Assembly: GCF_009914755.1 (NCBI RefSeq)
Contig: NC_060929.1
Source: the human T2T-CHM13v2.0 reference genome, Homo sapiens
DNA length: 64,000 nucleotides
Direction: 5' to 3' (one strand)
Part shown: positions 48,860 to 62,964 of the stretch, piece by piece
Numbering within the stretch: the stretch's first letter is position 1
Layout of the letters: every line of letters starts with the position of its first letter
Notes under the pieces: model-generated
The model's database searches: none
Seen by the model: the letters and a program-made list of their open reading frames with translations, nothing else
What the model was told of the DNA's origin: nothing
Made by a program: the position numbers and the translations under genes

Positions 48860-49220
48860 AAAATAACTTTGGAGGCGTAAATCTTAATGTCAATGACAGG
48901 AAGGCTTTGGTGAACCATTACCATAAATCTGACAAACGCTAATTTGATGGGTGGCTGTATCTGTCTGCTGCACGGCCAGTCTAGACAGTCTATTGAGAAA
49001 TCCTAAAACACAACTGTTTGTTCCCTGTAACACCATCTGGATATGGCAATAAGCGCCGACCCAGCGCCATTCACACATGGATCAAAGCACATGCTAATGC
49101 TATCATGAAGTCATACACATAAAAAATTCAATCTGAGAACTCGAAGCAATTTTCCTAAGTCTTCAGCGAAGAAACCCCAGACTTAGTGCGACTCAAGCTA
49201 AGTGCGCGAAGGGGGGAGGG
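48860..49220. promoter_or_regulatory. Candidate developmental enhancer
   Basis: Repeat-free stretch that retains CpGs and carries GTCTAGAC, ATCAAAG, CCATAAATCTGACA and TGTCAaTGACAG motifs. Motif evidence only. Confidence 0.5.
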
Positions 49221-51643
49221 GGGGAAAAGGAACTGAATATTTAATGAGCTTGGGCTTCCAGAGGAATGTTAGGCCACCCATTGTATTGGAAAAGGCTCAT
49301 GTCACACTTCAGTCATGGTACCCGTCAGGGTGCCCCTTTACAAAAATTGATCTGAAGACCTTTGTAATTACCTGTTTCAGTCAGGGGTGGGGGGCTGGGG
49401 GAGTGGATTCATGACAAGAAATAAAAGAATGGATCCAAGGTGTAAATCTAACATTACATTATATTGGTCTGAGCTGGCACAAATTTTCAATATTGCATAC
49501 AATATTAAAAACCTTTCTCATTAAACTGCACTGTGGCATTAGATCAAAGAATCAAGGGCCTCCTATTGAACTCCTTTAAATATTACAAACATAAGAGCAA
49601 GTCTGGCTGTGCATAAAATAGAAACAAAGCCAATTTTTTTTGTCCACCCTCATCCTATAGCTGGCTGGAGAGAAACATTGCTTGAGAAATCTATTGTAAG
49701 TCAAACACGAAGAAACTTTACTTCTCGCAAATATTTAACAGGCATAAATGAATACTAGTCTCTAGAATTTCACTTTGACAGAAATTTTTCAGTAAATATG
49801 TTACTCCTTCAAAACTTTAAGCTACTCTTTCAAAAAGTATCACTCAACAGCATCACTTCAATTGCAAATCATAGAGGCAGTGGTTTCATCCTCACCACCC
49901 TGTGATCCAAACTTCTCAAGGAAACAAAGTTCTTACTACACGGGGGTGTTATTCCACTGTGTACTTCTAAAGTAACTTTGACTCATGTGCTTCTTGGCTG
50001 GCTTATATTGTCTATCAGTATCTGATGGAAGAACATAACTAACAAATATCTTATAAATTTGTTATTACTATACTTATCTCTGTTTGCTGGGAGACACTGC
50101 ATATGTTATATCCCAAATTTCCACATACTCAGCATAAGCTATGCACAAATTCCCACCAGCACATTTTATTTTATAGCAGTTATAATAGTTGTCTCTATAT
50201 TATGGGTATATGTATATGTATGTGTACACACACACACACACACACCTAATTAAATCCCCAAAATGTACTAATCATTCCATGGAGGGTGAGTAAAAAAATA
50301 TAACAGAAAAATCTGTTGGGAATTACATGCTGTAACTAAGTGCTTCAGCTAGCACAGGTTGTGGCTTATGCTGCAAATTTCTAGTTTATACAGTAGTTAA
50401 GAGAATGTATATACCTTAGACCCGTACAAGTTAAGCATAAAATGATAACTGAAACAGAACCCATCTACTTAGACTACCCAGATGTTTTATCTCTTTCTAT
50501 TCTACCTGCTAATGCCTTTAAAGACAATAGAGAACAAAAAACATTAACATTACATTTTAGTTTTTTAAATAGTTTAAGGTAAAAACAAAAGCCAGATTAA
50601 GTCTCTAATCAATCATTTTACAATTCTAGATAGAAATTAGGTAAAGAAATAGGAAAACGAGATAAACAGTTAAGCCACAGTTTTCTTAAAATTCAGTTCG
50701 ATTTAAAAGGAAGATTTATCCTCCCAAAGTATTTTGTAAAACAAAATATATTTATCTTTTCCAATGGAATTTTAGTAAGACAATGCTTTTCTTTTTTTTT
50801 TTTTTAAAAAGGGAGAAAACACTACCAATTTCACCTCCCATCCTATATGAAATCTTCCCTAAAAATATCTTAAAATAAGAGAAGTTCAGGAAATATACCA
50901 ATTGCAAATTTACTGTGAAAGATTCCATTTTAAATGATGATCACAGATCGTTAGTTATATTTAGCCTAGAGAGTTAATTATTATAATCTGAATCACAAAG
51001 ACAAACAGAAGAGCAGCCTATTTTTCTGTAATGCATGTTCCTAAGGGACCTGCAAAAAACTAATATAAGAAGGTAAACCACCCTTCCCTAAGGATAGCGT
51101 TATTCCCTGACTTTCCAAATAAAAACTGTAGAGATATTAGCTTTCTTCATCTACAAGTTAGTTGTATATGCCAAGATATCTTAGCAGAGTTCAAAAGTAT
51201 TCCATTTGCAAGGCATACATGTAGACCTGTAGGGGTAAAAAGAAATAAACATGTTCATAGAAATGTACATCTCAGATGATTCACCGTAACGATCAGATGT
51301 TACCCTCGGTAGAATTAGAGGAAAAAACACTGATGCAAAGTTTAAGTGAGAAATTATAATCATTATTGTTAACCATTTTATATATTTATATAGCCATTTT
51401 ACAAATATAATTAAAAATCGGTATGTCATTCTCTATGTTGGACTAAATTACGACTAAGAATTTGTTGTCTACCAGTAATGGCTTTCTTTCAGGCTGTGGC
51501 TATAATTCTGTTAAGTTTAAAAGGGGGAAAAAAAATCACCCAAACATTGCTTAATGTAACTAATCAAGCATTTTCAAAATTAAGACTGGGAATGAAATGT
51601 TAGGCAGTATTTGCAGGGATTAAAAAATGTTGTAGTAGAACAG

Positions 51644-51662
51644 TACTGCCATCTACCGACAA
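51644..51662 (-). promoter_or_regulatory. Possible CTCF motif
   Basis: The reverse strand TTGTCGGTAGATGGCAGTA is a partial match to CCASYAGRKGGCRS. Confidence 0.4.
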
Positions 51663-54600
51663 CTTTTACCAGTGCCTAGGGAGTGTTTCCAAGAGCAACC
51701 TCCCATTTATTTGTGTCTGACCCAAGGAAGACTTCAGAGAGACACTGTTCAAGTAACCAGAAAGAAGTAACATTCAGATTGGCCACGGTTTTACCTCTGA
51801 CTTTTAAAGACTTAATATTTTCTCTCTTTCTATTCAAAAAGAGCATGGTTTTTTTAAAAAATTTTGAGTTGTTAAAATATAGTGACCCACACAATGAATA
51901 CTTCCTAGTAACTAACATCCAGCCGAGAAGACGGCTATGCCTATTGCTACAGAATGCTCATGCTCCTACAGACAAATCTCCTTCAATGCAGTAATACACT
52001 GTATCCCGTATCCCCGATGCAGAATTAGATTCACTATATCCTCTAATGACAAAAGCAGATCACAAAATTTCATAAGCAAGATTGGATGTATTTATGTGTA
52101 TGTCAATCATAAAGCATCCATATTACCACCCAGGAATCACTTTATTTGGGGTCACTGTGGGTCCAAGTCTGGCACTGGATTCCCGCGGTAGCATAAAAAC
52201 CCCTTAGGGTTTAGTTGGTGGGGAAGTCGTGGGGCACACTGACATCCCAGATTTGACAGAACTCAGTAAAATTCTATACATACCAAAGACGGCAATGGCA
52301 TCACCAGCAGGAAGAGCCATTGCACACCTTCTATAATGCTCAAGATACCAAGTAGATGCTTTACACAAGTTCTATCAGTTTTGTAACTTAAAAGTAGATG
52401 TTGAGTGGGGAAATATGCAATATAAAGACTCTTTAACCTATGTGATGGAGCAGCTGAAGAGCACAGCTAGTCTTCTAATTTTGTACATGGATGCTGCATC
52501 CCATTAATAATGTAAAATATATATATAATTTTGGTCTATGGATTTTAACGTTTTACGGAAAAACTGCTACTGCTGTTTTTTTTTTTTAAGACAGTAATCT
52601 GAAAACAGGTTACAGACAGAAAACATGTAAATGACAGATTTTAAAAAGGATTTAGTCGGCACTAACATAGCCCTTTTAGGCCACATAATTGAAGAACTCC
52701 AAGGAACCACAAAATAAACTGAAAACCCCAGACATAAAGAGATCCACTTATTAATTAAAAGCAGCTCTCTTTCGCTATTAAAATAAGGTTGGCCATGCAT
52801 ACTTTATTGCTGTCACAGTCTCACATGAGGCAGTATTCAAAACACATAAAAGTAAAGTTGAATAGTTCTCTATGTAGGGAATGGAGTTAAGTCATGTCTG
52901 CTTGCACAAAACTGTTTTGCAAAGCAGCCATATATAGAAGATCAGGGTGGAAGAAAAAAAAGACTAAAATGCATCAAATCTCAAATTCAATGCCTTTCTT
53001 TGGTAGGGACAGTGAGGTGTGCTATGGACAACATGAGTTGAATCAAGAAAGGCCTAAAACTTTCCTTGTTTTAAAACTAGAACTAGAAATCAAGACAATC
53101 ACTGCAAAGAAAGAGACAGGGAACTAATTAAATAAATTACATACTAATTAAATACAAGTTATTTGGGAACTTTTTTTGTAAGTCTAGGTTTTGTTTTTAA
53201 ACACAAAAAGTCTGTATCATACTGGTTTATCTGTGAGAAGAGGCACTGGTCACAAAAAAGAGAGACGGAGAAAGAAAGGGGGAAAAAGAAAAGAAACAGA
53301 ATGACAACAGTAACTACCAATATTTCAAAATGTGGTTTTTAAGAATTTCCAAAAATCACACTTCCAAAAATCACAGAAATGTTGTGGCTAAAAAGTTCAT
53401 TCCTGATACTAACTGTTCTTTAAAAGCCATGGGCAACCATATGGCAAAATCTAGAACTAAAATGAAAAGGACAAAATGTGTCCTTCCATATTTAATATTC
53501 ATTTCTTGAAATGGATAATCTAGTGGTATCTTGAAGGAATAAACATATTTCTTTGCAATGACTTGCTGAATGTCAGAGCATAACAAGATTATTTACAGTC
53601 TTTAAGAAAAGTATGGAAACAAGAAATTCCTATAACAGATTATTTAAAAAAAACACTACCACCTTATTTTATGGGTTACTAATAATCATGTAACTCTTTC
53701 AACTGTAGGGTAACTGCCATACAATTACAATGCCTAGTTATTTATGTCTCACAGATTATATAGTACTAAAGAAAGTTACCTGTTACCATATGTAGACACT
53801 TGTGGTTGGCAGATGTGGAAAATACTTTACCATAAAGATCAAAATTGGCTTAAAAATTGACCTAGCATATGAACGTGATTTATTTATCTCCACTCCCCTC
53901 CCCCACCTCTGTTTTGTTTGCTTTTCCTGTGGATGAAAGAAGGAAAAATAGAAACTTCTAAAGAGATATACAGCTTTCCAGAGTCAATGGTTTAATCTAA
54001 GTGGAGTCAGCTACTGAACTTTATTCAGCTGGTTTCTCCCCAGAGCACGTCTTCACCGAAGTTTCTGTTTGACCTGTTTCATTTCCTTGGAAAATTCTGG
54101 CATTAAATGCAGCTATTACTGGTCTTAAGTTAGAAACATTCTTCTTGCTTGATTTTTTAAATATGATAATCACCTTAATTTTTTAATATAATAAGCACCT
54201 TCACACTCATCCTATGTTTCATGGTACTAAGAGACCTTCGGACGCCGCATGCTAGTTCCACTTTCCTACAAGTTTGTTTACTAGTGAAATTAAACAGTCA
54301 ATCCCATTTATCTCTGAAATCAGCAGTATCCCCTAGCAAGAGATAAGAGACAATGTGTGTTGTATAATTTACTGGGAACTAATTCATGGTGACCAATAAA
54401 TTGTGCAGTCCTCCTAAAGCACCCCCTTTGCCGTGGTGAGATCCGCAGTGCCGACTCTCGTCCTGGCACTAAGATAGATAAGTCCTAAGAGTGAAATCAG
54501 TAGACATGTGTCTTTTTTTTTTCCCTTTAATTCTGAATAAAATTCCAGAATTTAGGGAGTGAAAAACACTTCCCCAACCCCCGCCAAAAAAATCTGACAT

Positions 54601-55412
54601 TTTCTTTCTGCCGAAAGTCTAATTTCTCTTTCCCCAAATTGCTTCACCATATGGAAGGAAAGAATCTCCACCTTTTATCTTCAATCTGTATCACAGTTTG
54701 GGCATATACGAGAATTTTGTGTTCACTTTTAATTTTCTTGCTAGTTAAGAACAACTAACAACTTTCTTGTATGTTAGGACTCAAAATACGTACCTCAAGA
54801 GTTGTGGTACATTTCACACAGGTCAGAAGACAAGCATTATGGAAATGAAATGATTTTATGATGACTTTGCTTTAATAGGGGTTTTACACAGGGGCTTTCC
54901 TGGGAAGATGTCCAGGCAAATTGTGTCCAAAGCCCAGAATGAAGGGAAAATTCACCTTGATGTAACATAGTTGAAGAGGGATTTGCTGATTTGTCATTTT
55001 AAATGAAACACAAACTCCAATTCCAGCCCAGTTATGAGAGCATTCCTTTGTCCTCTTACTTAAGGGATTTTTCTTTTTCCTTTCTTTCCTTTATTTCTTT
55101 CAAATCCTACAATTTGAGAAACCACTCAAGAAGATGGGGTGTGTATACACACACACACACTTCATACATACATCTGTACATGTACACACACATCCATTTT
55201 CAAACAAGCGCTAATAAGAGTCCAGTTGGCTCTGAGATAATATATCCAAAACGAATCCCACTCTTCTTAAGCATAAACTTCACACAAATAACTAGATATA
55301 AACAAGCCACATTTAATAAGGATAAATAAAATCTCTGTCAAGCTTACAACAGGACCAAAAAAAAGTCATGGGGGCCAGAGAAGTAATTTTTAGGTTATTT
55401 GGCAAGAAACAT

Positions 55413-55413
<1 letters not shown>

Positions 55414-55463
<50 letters not shown>
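55414..55463. repeat. (CA)25 microsatellite
   Basis: Perfect CA run. Confidence 0.97.
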
Positions 55464-55466
<3 letters not shown>

Positions 55467-56409
55467 CCCTCATGCACATGTGTGCATGCACAGTGTGTGC
55501 GCACACATACACAGTTTTTCGTTTGGAACATTTTTGAACAATGAAAAGGCAAGAGAAATTTAAGCGTCTTGGGAAATACTCTTCCTGTGCCAAATAAGCA
55601 TAAACAAAATAAATTCTAAAAGCAAATTTTAAATACTAGAGGATGGAAAGTAAAAATGAGCCAAGCTGGAGTGGAAATATCAATCCTGAAAGAATCAGAA
55701 AGCAAGTTTCTCTTGAACCCCAATGAATCTTGCATTTCTAAGAAGCACAATTCAGTTACTTGAGCTGTCCTTTGAACAAAAATTTAAACTTAAAGAATAT
55801 ATTTAAGAATATAATTAAGTCAGCTACCTGGGATTTTATTCAAAAAGTGATACTGATTATTTTCCCCAAAACATCTAGGAATAGTGTGGCAATAAAGTGG
55901 CACTGTGTTTCAAAAGGAGCCCCCCAAAACCTTCAAAGCTAAGATTCTATTTAATCAATGATTTGGCTAGGACTCACCACATAAAAAACACAACACAACA
56001 AAAAACAAACAAGCAAACACACTTGAGCAGCCTGTTTGGATATTGTAGTACTTGTTCCACAGAAGTCATCAGAGTGTTCTAGGAGCTTCTCGTCTAGGTT
56101 AACACTGACACTGCTGGTCAGCAATAAATCAAAGCTATGCTCGTCATACAAGCACGTAAAATCATCACCTTAAATGGTATGAAAGTATTTGTGCTGTTAG
56201 AAGGTAGGGAATGGGGTGAGGGGAGGAGCAGGGATAAGGATTCCTTCTTTCCCATTCCACTCTCGGGTTCTCTTGATCTTCCCAGGGTGGAGGAGCAGTA
56301 GGAAACTGTTCACCCACCCAGTTACTGTGGGAAAAAACTGGAGGGCTCTAGTGAAAAATGGGAAAACTCTTCCCCACACCTTTATCTCAAGCCTTGGCTT
56401 AAGGTATAA

Positions 56410-56668
<259 letters not shown>

Positions 56669-57449
56669 AAGGAGACAAGTTACTTGATAGTCAAACTGGG
56701 CCTTAAAATTATCACGCATCATGTTATTAAAAGGCAGTGACCATGGAAGGGTAAATGTCCTCCCTCCTCCTTTCATGAGAACACTAAACCATCCTCCCAC
56801 CATGTAAAAAAAAAACTACTTATATTTTTTATTAAAATTTACATCATGTAAAAAAATTATGTCCAAAACGGCTTGGTTAAAAAAGACCACCTAGGATATG
56901 TTTGTGTTCAGATTTGTTAAAATGCAGAGATTTAAAGAACTAAAATTCTTTATTAAAGAATATTTTCAATAATTTAATGGTAGCTTTCTTGTGGCGTTTT
57001 AGAGTTCGCACACAGTAGGCTGTGGTTTAGGAGCTAAAGTTGAATGCGATCCCAGAGTTTCTTTAAATAGGTCATTTTAGAGATAGAAAAGGGTCTACAG
57101 GTTGATTGACAATTGACAAACTATTTGGCCCACTAGGCATAAACTTCTATTAGATAGATTATTGGGGCTTTCACAGATAACCTTGGTAACAGCATTATCT
57201 AAATATGAAAATAACAATAAAATAACAATCAATTTTATGATTCTCAAATCAGAGCTTTAAGAAAATAGATCCAAATAGCATATGACTAAGAACTTACTAT
57301 GTATCAATCAAATGGCATAAAAATACTTGCAACATGGTCATCTTGAAAAATTTACAATCTACCTCCACGGTCTGTCTGAACAACAAACTTAACACAAGGC
57401 AGAATGGACTGAATACTGAGAACAAATGGCAATTATGAGAGCGCCGGGG

Positions 57450-60120
57450 TTGGGAAGAGCTTCCTTGACTTGAGTACTGGAGGCACGTCAGGAGCAGGTT
57501 ATAAGAATGCTGTGGCACTTGAGCAGCACCTTGAATGTTGGCTGCATTCAGAGCAAAAAGTACGCATCAGTACAAGCAGGAGAATAAAAATTCAGGGCAT
57601 CATCCACAAACAGACATGCCAGAGCTTACATCATATTAGGATGTTGTGTGCTTGTGGCCATACAACGCAGGGACACAATGAAAGTTAGGTTTTAGAAAGT
57701 TAAGACTCAGCAGAGTGGAGTGAGGAGGAGCGAAGGCAATCACAAGGAGGCCGGGGTAACCGTCCAAGCCAGAGGATATGTGGGCTGAACTCCAAAGGCG
57801 GCAGTGGGAACGCATTGTGGTGACCCTGCACGCAACTGAAAGGAGATACCATCTGACTGCATGGCAATGTGAAGAAGGGGGATGAGACAAGGATGACAAG
57901 GCAGATGGCATCACAACTGAGATAAGGCACAGGAAATGAGGAAATGGAACTGATGGAGGGAAGAAGGAGAAGGATTTAATCTTGAAGAATCCAAGTATGC
58001 GAGGCCAGCAGGACAGACACGTGCAATAGGCGGAATTAGAGATTAATCAGTTGACTGATTAATTGATTTCACATCCACTATCCAACAGACTTTCAATGAC
58101 TCAACTATGGGAGTCCAGAAAATTATACGGAAAAATATAAATAACTATAAATCAGCATCTGGGCTCAACATTCAGATACTGGATTGTGAAACTCAAGAGG
58201 GATCTAGGGACTGAAACTGAAAACCTGGACATCATCAGTGTAAAAATGATAGTTGTCACCACCCCTTGAGAGTGGGAGTGGTGGGAAGGGAAGGGAGAGA
58301 ATATTCATTTTTTTACTTTATAACAAACTTTTATTGTTTGAATTTTTATCAACAGCACATACTACTTTTTGTGGTCTTTTAAAAGCCAATGTTTTAAAAA
58401 AAATAAAGCAAAAAGACTGAAGCCATAGGAACAGGCAGTATCACAAATTGACTTCTCAAATATGTGCAGTTAATGTACACAAGCACTCAGGTGGGAACTG
58501 AGAAACACAAAGGTGATTTCAACCCAAGTCCTGTGTGAATCTAATGGGAAAATAAAGGCACTGGAGTCAAACAGGATTCAAACTCCTCTCCCACTAATAG
58601 TTACATAGGTGAATTCTTAAATTCCCTCAAGTTCAACTATTTTTCTCTAAAAATGAGGCAAACAATACCTCATAGGGTTGCTGTAAAGATGAGACAAGTT
58701 AACGTAATTAAAGCCCCTAAAGGGTAGCATTTGGCACACAGTAGGTACTCAATTAAGATTCCCTGATTTTTCATCCTTCTGCCAAGATGGGGAAACTCAA
58801 AATTTCAGTCAGGTTTAAAAAGAGACTGAAAAGAAGTGATCAGAGGGACCGCAGCAGAAAAAAAGATGGCACCATGTCATGGGGACTAGCGGAGAGAAGC
58901 AAAGCGCCTTTATCCATCCACTCAACATAAATGTACTAAGCATTAACACCTGCTGGAGTGGATAACTATGTCAAAGGTGGTGGAGATGGTGAGAAGTAGA
59001 TTATTTGACAACTAGGAAAGAGGTCCTTGCCGACTTGCAAGAAGAGTCCCAGCAGAACAGCAGGAGAAGATACTACTTGGCCAGAGGGCTAAGGAATGAC
59101 TGGGTGGTGAAGAGTGACAGTAGGAAGAAGTGACAGTTCTTTGAGAAATTTGTAACTAAGGGAATGAGAGGCTCTTGTGAAGCGAAGGTTTCAGGAAAGT
59201 TAAGTAGCTCATAGGATAAAAGGAGGAAAGTCTGTGGAAAGGGAGAAAGTGATGGCAGGGAGGAGGTGGCAGAGTTCATTCACAGTGTAAGGCCCTGAAG
59301 CTGACAAGAGGGTGCCCAAAGTGAGGAGGCTGACCTTGGGAAGGAGTAAGGACACACCATCGCATCGGGAAGCAAGTGTGAGAAGTAGGCTGGAAATACA
59401 GACAAAGGTTCAGGTGTAAAGGAGAGCTGAAGAAATTCAATTGGATTACCATCTACCTTCTCATTGAAAAAGGAAGCAAGATTACTAGCAAAATAAGGAA
59501 AGCTGATGGAAATGGGACCCCAGGGTGAAGAAGGATCGAAAACTAAAAAGACTTTCCCAGGAGCAGTGAGGTTCCAGCAGAGGGAGGTGGCACACATCAA
59601 TACTAAGCATTTAGCCCAATGTGATTGGGCTAATGTGATTTCCTCCAGTGATTTTCAGTGGCCTGGGATATAGACACGGGGGGAGTGGGAAGGCAGTCAT
59701 AATAGTGGGCAAAGCAGAAGTTAAAAGGGCAAGGGATTCTAAGGATGCCAGTGAGCCAACAGCTGACACGGTGGACTGGGGAGGTCAAGGCCTGAAGGTT
59801 GAGCAGAGAAGGAAGGATGAGACTGAGTGACAAGAAAAGCGGCAGCTGGAAAATGGCCGTTAATTGGATTTAAGATGAGGAACAAGCACGTTTAGAGGAA
59901 ATGAAGGAATGAGTAAGTGAAAGAACAGAAGGCTGTGACTGGAAGACAGCTCCAAGCTTGAATCCTTAGAAATGAGGCAATTCCAGGCCATGGAAAGGGT
60001 TGAAGCTGGCTGATTAAAGGGAATGCAGAAATTCCTGGAATCGAGAGGCCAGGCCTCCAGCCATTCATGACACTGGAAGCCGTGGTTAGCTATGATAATA
60101 TCAGAAGACCAAGCTAGGCA
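57450..60120 (-). mobile_element. Long decayed L2 relic with a nested MIR (~58550-58756)
   Basis: Purine-rich antisense-L2 motifs (ccgtccaagccagaggatatgtgggctgaact, cagttctttgagaaatttgtaactaaggga). The MIR ends tggcacacagtaggtactcaatta. Confidence 0.65.
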
Positions 60121-60371
60121 AAGAGGAAGAGATCCAAAGGAGAAGAAAATGGAGGAAACAGAAAAAATATAACTTTCTGAATAGACTAATTTCAAAGACT
60201 GTTAAAAATAATCTTTCTTTAGAAATAATGCCTTGCTTTTAGTCTAAGTTATTAAAAAAAATGAGTAAAACCTTTAAAATCCACAGCAGAAAAAGCCATT
60301 TCACCATTTATATGTCTTCAACTGAAGCAAAAATCAAGGACCTGACTCTTTGTTCTTCAACTCAACACATC

Positions 60372-60734
60372 TGATACGGTGTGGCTATGTCTCCAGCCAA
60401 ATCTCATCTTGAATAATTGTAGCTCCCATAATTCCCAAGTGTTGTGGGAGGGGCCCAGTGGGAGATAACTGAATCATGGGGGTGGTTCTCCCATTCTGTT
60501 CTCATGGTAGTGAATAAGTCTCATGAGATCTGATGGTCTTATAAGGGATTTCCCCTTTCACTTGTCTCTCAATTCTCTCTTGCCTGCCGCTATGTAAGAC
60601 ATCCCTTGCTTTTCCCCCATGATTGTGTGGCCTCCCTAGCCATGTGGAACTGTGAGTCAATTAAAACTTTTTCCTTTATAAATCACCCAGCCTCAGGTAT
60701 ATCTTTATTAGTAGCATGAGAACAGACTAATACA
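60372..60734 (+). mobile_element. THE1 (THE1B/C-like) MaLR solo LTR
   Basis: tgatacggtgtggctatgtc...gtgaataagtctcatgagatctgatgg...gaacagactaataca. The 5-bp flanks acatc/ctatt match poorly. Confidence 0.93.
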
Positions 60735-60939
60735 CTATTTCAAACAAGATGGCAAAGTAACTGGTAACAACTGAAGGAAATAACGCTGCTTCTGTAAGCA
60801 CTGAGGCCAAGTTGTCTGAGCTCACCTTCTCCCTTCACACACTGGGGAAGGAGGAGGCCTGATGACAGGATCCCTACACAGCTTGCTCAAGCACAGGTGA
60901 GCCACAGCACATCCTCCTGCAGCAAGCAAGGTGGCATGA

Positions 60940-61150
60940 CTAACACAAGACCTAACCTCATTGCCTTTACACAGCTCTTTCATATCCATTACCTCTCTTA
61001 ATCCTCACAGGCTCTCTGGGAGGCAGGTATTACTATGAGCGGCTTTTTATCAGTGAAAAAATAGAGACTTGTGGGCCAGAAGACTTGCTCAAACGCTGAG
61101 TCTGGCAGAAACCAAGGCCCTCCCACTCCAGAATTTAGCCCTTTCCACTA
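60940..61150 (-). mobile_element. MIR
   Basis: cttaatcctcacaggctctctgggaggcaggtattact. Confidence 0.65.
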
Positions 61151-62945
61151 AATCCCACCAACTGAATGACTGCAAGGGCCAGATGCACAGGAGACAGCGC
61201 AGTTCAGAAAGGCCTGAATACTTCTGGGTCATTCTCAAAGTCACACAGGGCAGCTAAAACATAAAGCAAGATAAGCAGCATCAGCAGGTATTCCTTAGGG
61301 ATACTTCACTTACAACTGAAAGAAAAGATAACTTTTCCACATTTGAGCACATTGAACAATTGTCAGTGTGCTCACAATTCATGAGAAGACAAGAAAACCC
61401 AGAGTCTACAGAAATCAAAAGTGACAGAATCATCATTTCAGAGCTGTAGGTACAAAACAGTAAGTGGTCTCTGGGTGTGCAGAAGGAGTTAACATTTTCT
61501 ACAGAGTAACACCTTTTCTGAGAAGAGACTGGACTGGCAGAAGCAGGAGATAAGAGGATGGGTTGGAAAAAACCACAACATCTTCTCAAACCAAGAGAAA
61601 GACAAGATAGAAGTAGAGAAGGAAACTTGGGACTTGTATGTCTGTAACGCCAGAGGACCCTGGGCACCTTACATGAAAATTATCAGAAATGCAAATTATC
61701 AGATGGCTAATTTCTAAGGTCACCTGGTGCCAAACACATTACAATTTCAGTCTCTGCCTCACACATCTCACATCCCTAAAAATAGAGGCAAAGGGGACAA
61801 AAATTATCTTCAGAAAGCCTGGTGTCCACTAAGCCTGGCAATATATTCTATGACAAGCCACATTTTATCACAGAATACTACAATCTGAAAAGGTTCCCTG
61901 AGATACATACTGCTAATCTAAAGAAGTGTTGAACCAAAATTGTAACTAAATCACCAAATTCTGCATAAACCCAGGGGGTAGAATAGGTTCAATATTCAGG
62001 ACTAGCTCAAACAGGTGAATTTACTCAGATAACTGATGAAATCTCATCTTCTAAAGTCCTTATTACCACGAGGACTGACCCCCCCACCCCCACCCACCCA
62101 GACAACAAAAGAGAAAGTCAATTAATAATTATGATATAAGGTTATTCTCACCTCCCCCATTACTGTTTCTTGGAGTTTTTATGAGGTTTTGCAATAAAAA
62201 TTTATAGCTATCTGAAATAGTTCTAACCTCTTCCACAAGTAGTTTGCTTATTTGTTCATCCTTTTCCTCCAGCCCATGTAAATAAAACACAACCTTCACT
62301 TTCATGGTAAGAAAAATATTCCCTTTAATGAATTTCAGGAATCAGGAAGAAAACTGCGCTAGTCTCATGGATCTCATGTTAAGGATTCTAAGAATTCTTT
62401 ACTTAAGAGATCTGTTTTCCTTATTCCTCAATCTCCTTTAAAGAAGCTGAGCATTTTTAAAAGGATATCATAGTATTACTTTAAAAGCACCAAACATAGC
62501 ATCCCTGAAAATAACATGTTTCCTGTCGGGAGAAGCAAGTTAAGGTGTCTGTGAGAGATTTCTGGGGTTTATTCTAATCCATGTTTCTGGGGGGCATCTG
62601 GGACACTCTAGGAACACAAGGGCCCCTCTTTCCACTTTGGTTGTCACTAGTCACACAGATTTTCTTACTACTCACTGCTTGACTGAGTCGTCTCAATTCA
62701 TTAAACATTCTCTGAGCTATTGGCAAGACTTCAACCATGGTGACATTTCCTTTACACTAGATCATCCAACTATAGCCTTCCTAGAAAACAATGCTTGGAC
62801 AGTAGCAAAAGCCTGTTGGGTCAGCTAACGACATCAAGTTATAATAAGATCTCAAAGTTTGTCTTTCTTTTTAATTTTTGTTTTCTTCTCTAGCAGTTAC
62901 AACATGCACCTTGAGATGGTAATAGTCAAAGTATTGACTGAATGT

Positions 62946-62964
62946 GCCTGCCCCCTGGTGGCTG
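62946..62964 (-). promoter_or_regulatory. CTCF core motif, strong match
   Basis: The reverse strand CAGCCACCAGGGGGCAGGC matches the canonical CCACCAGGGGGC core, in unique sequence. Confidence 0.65.
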
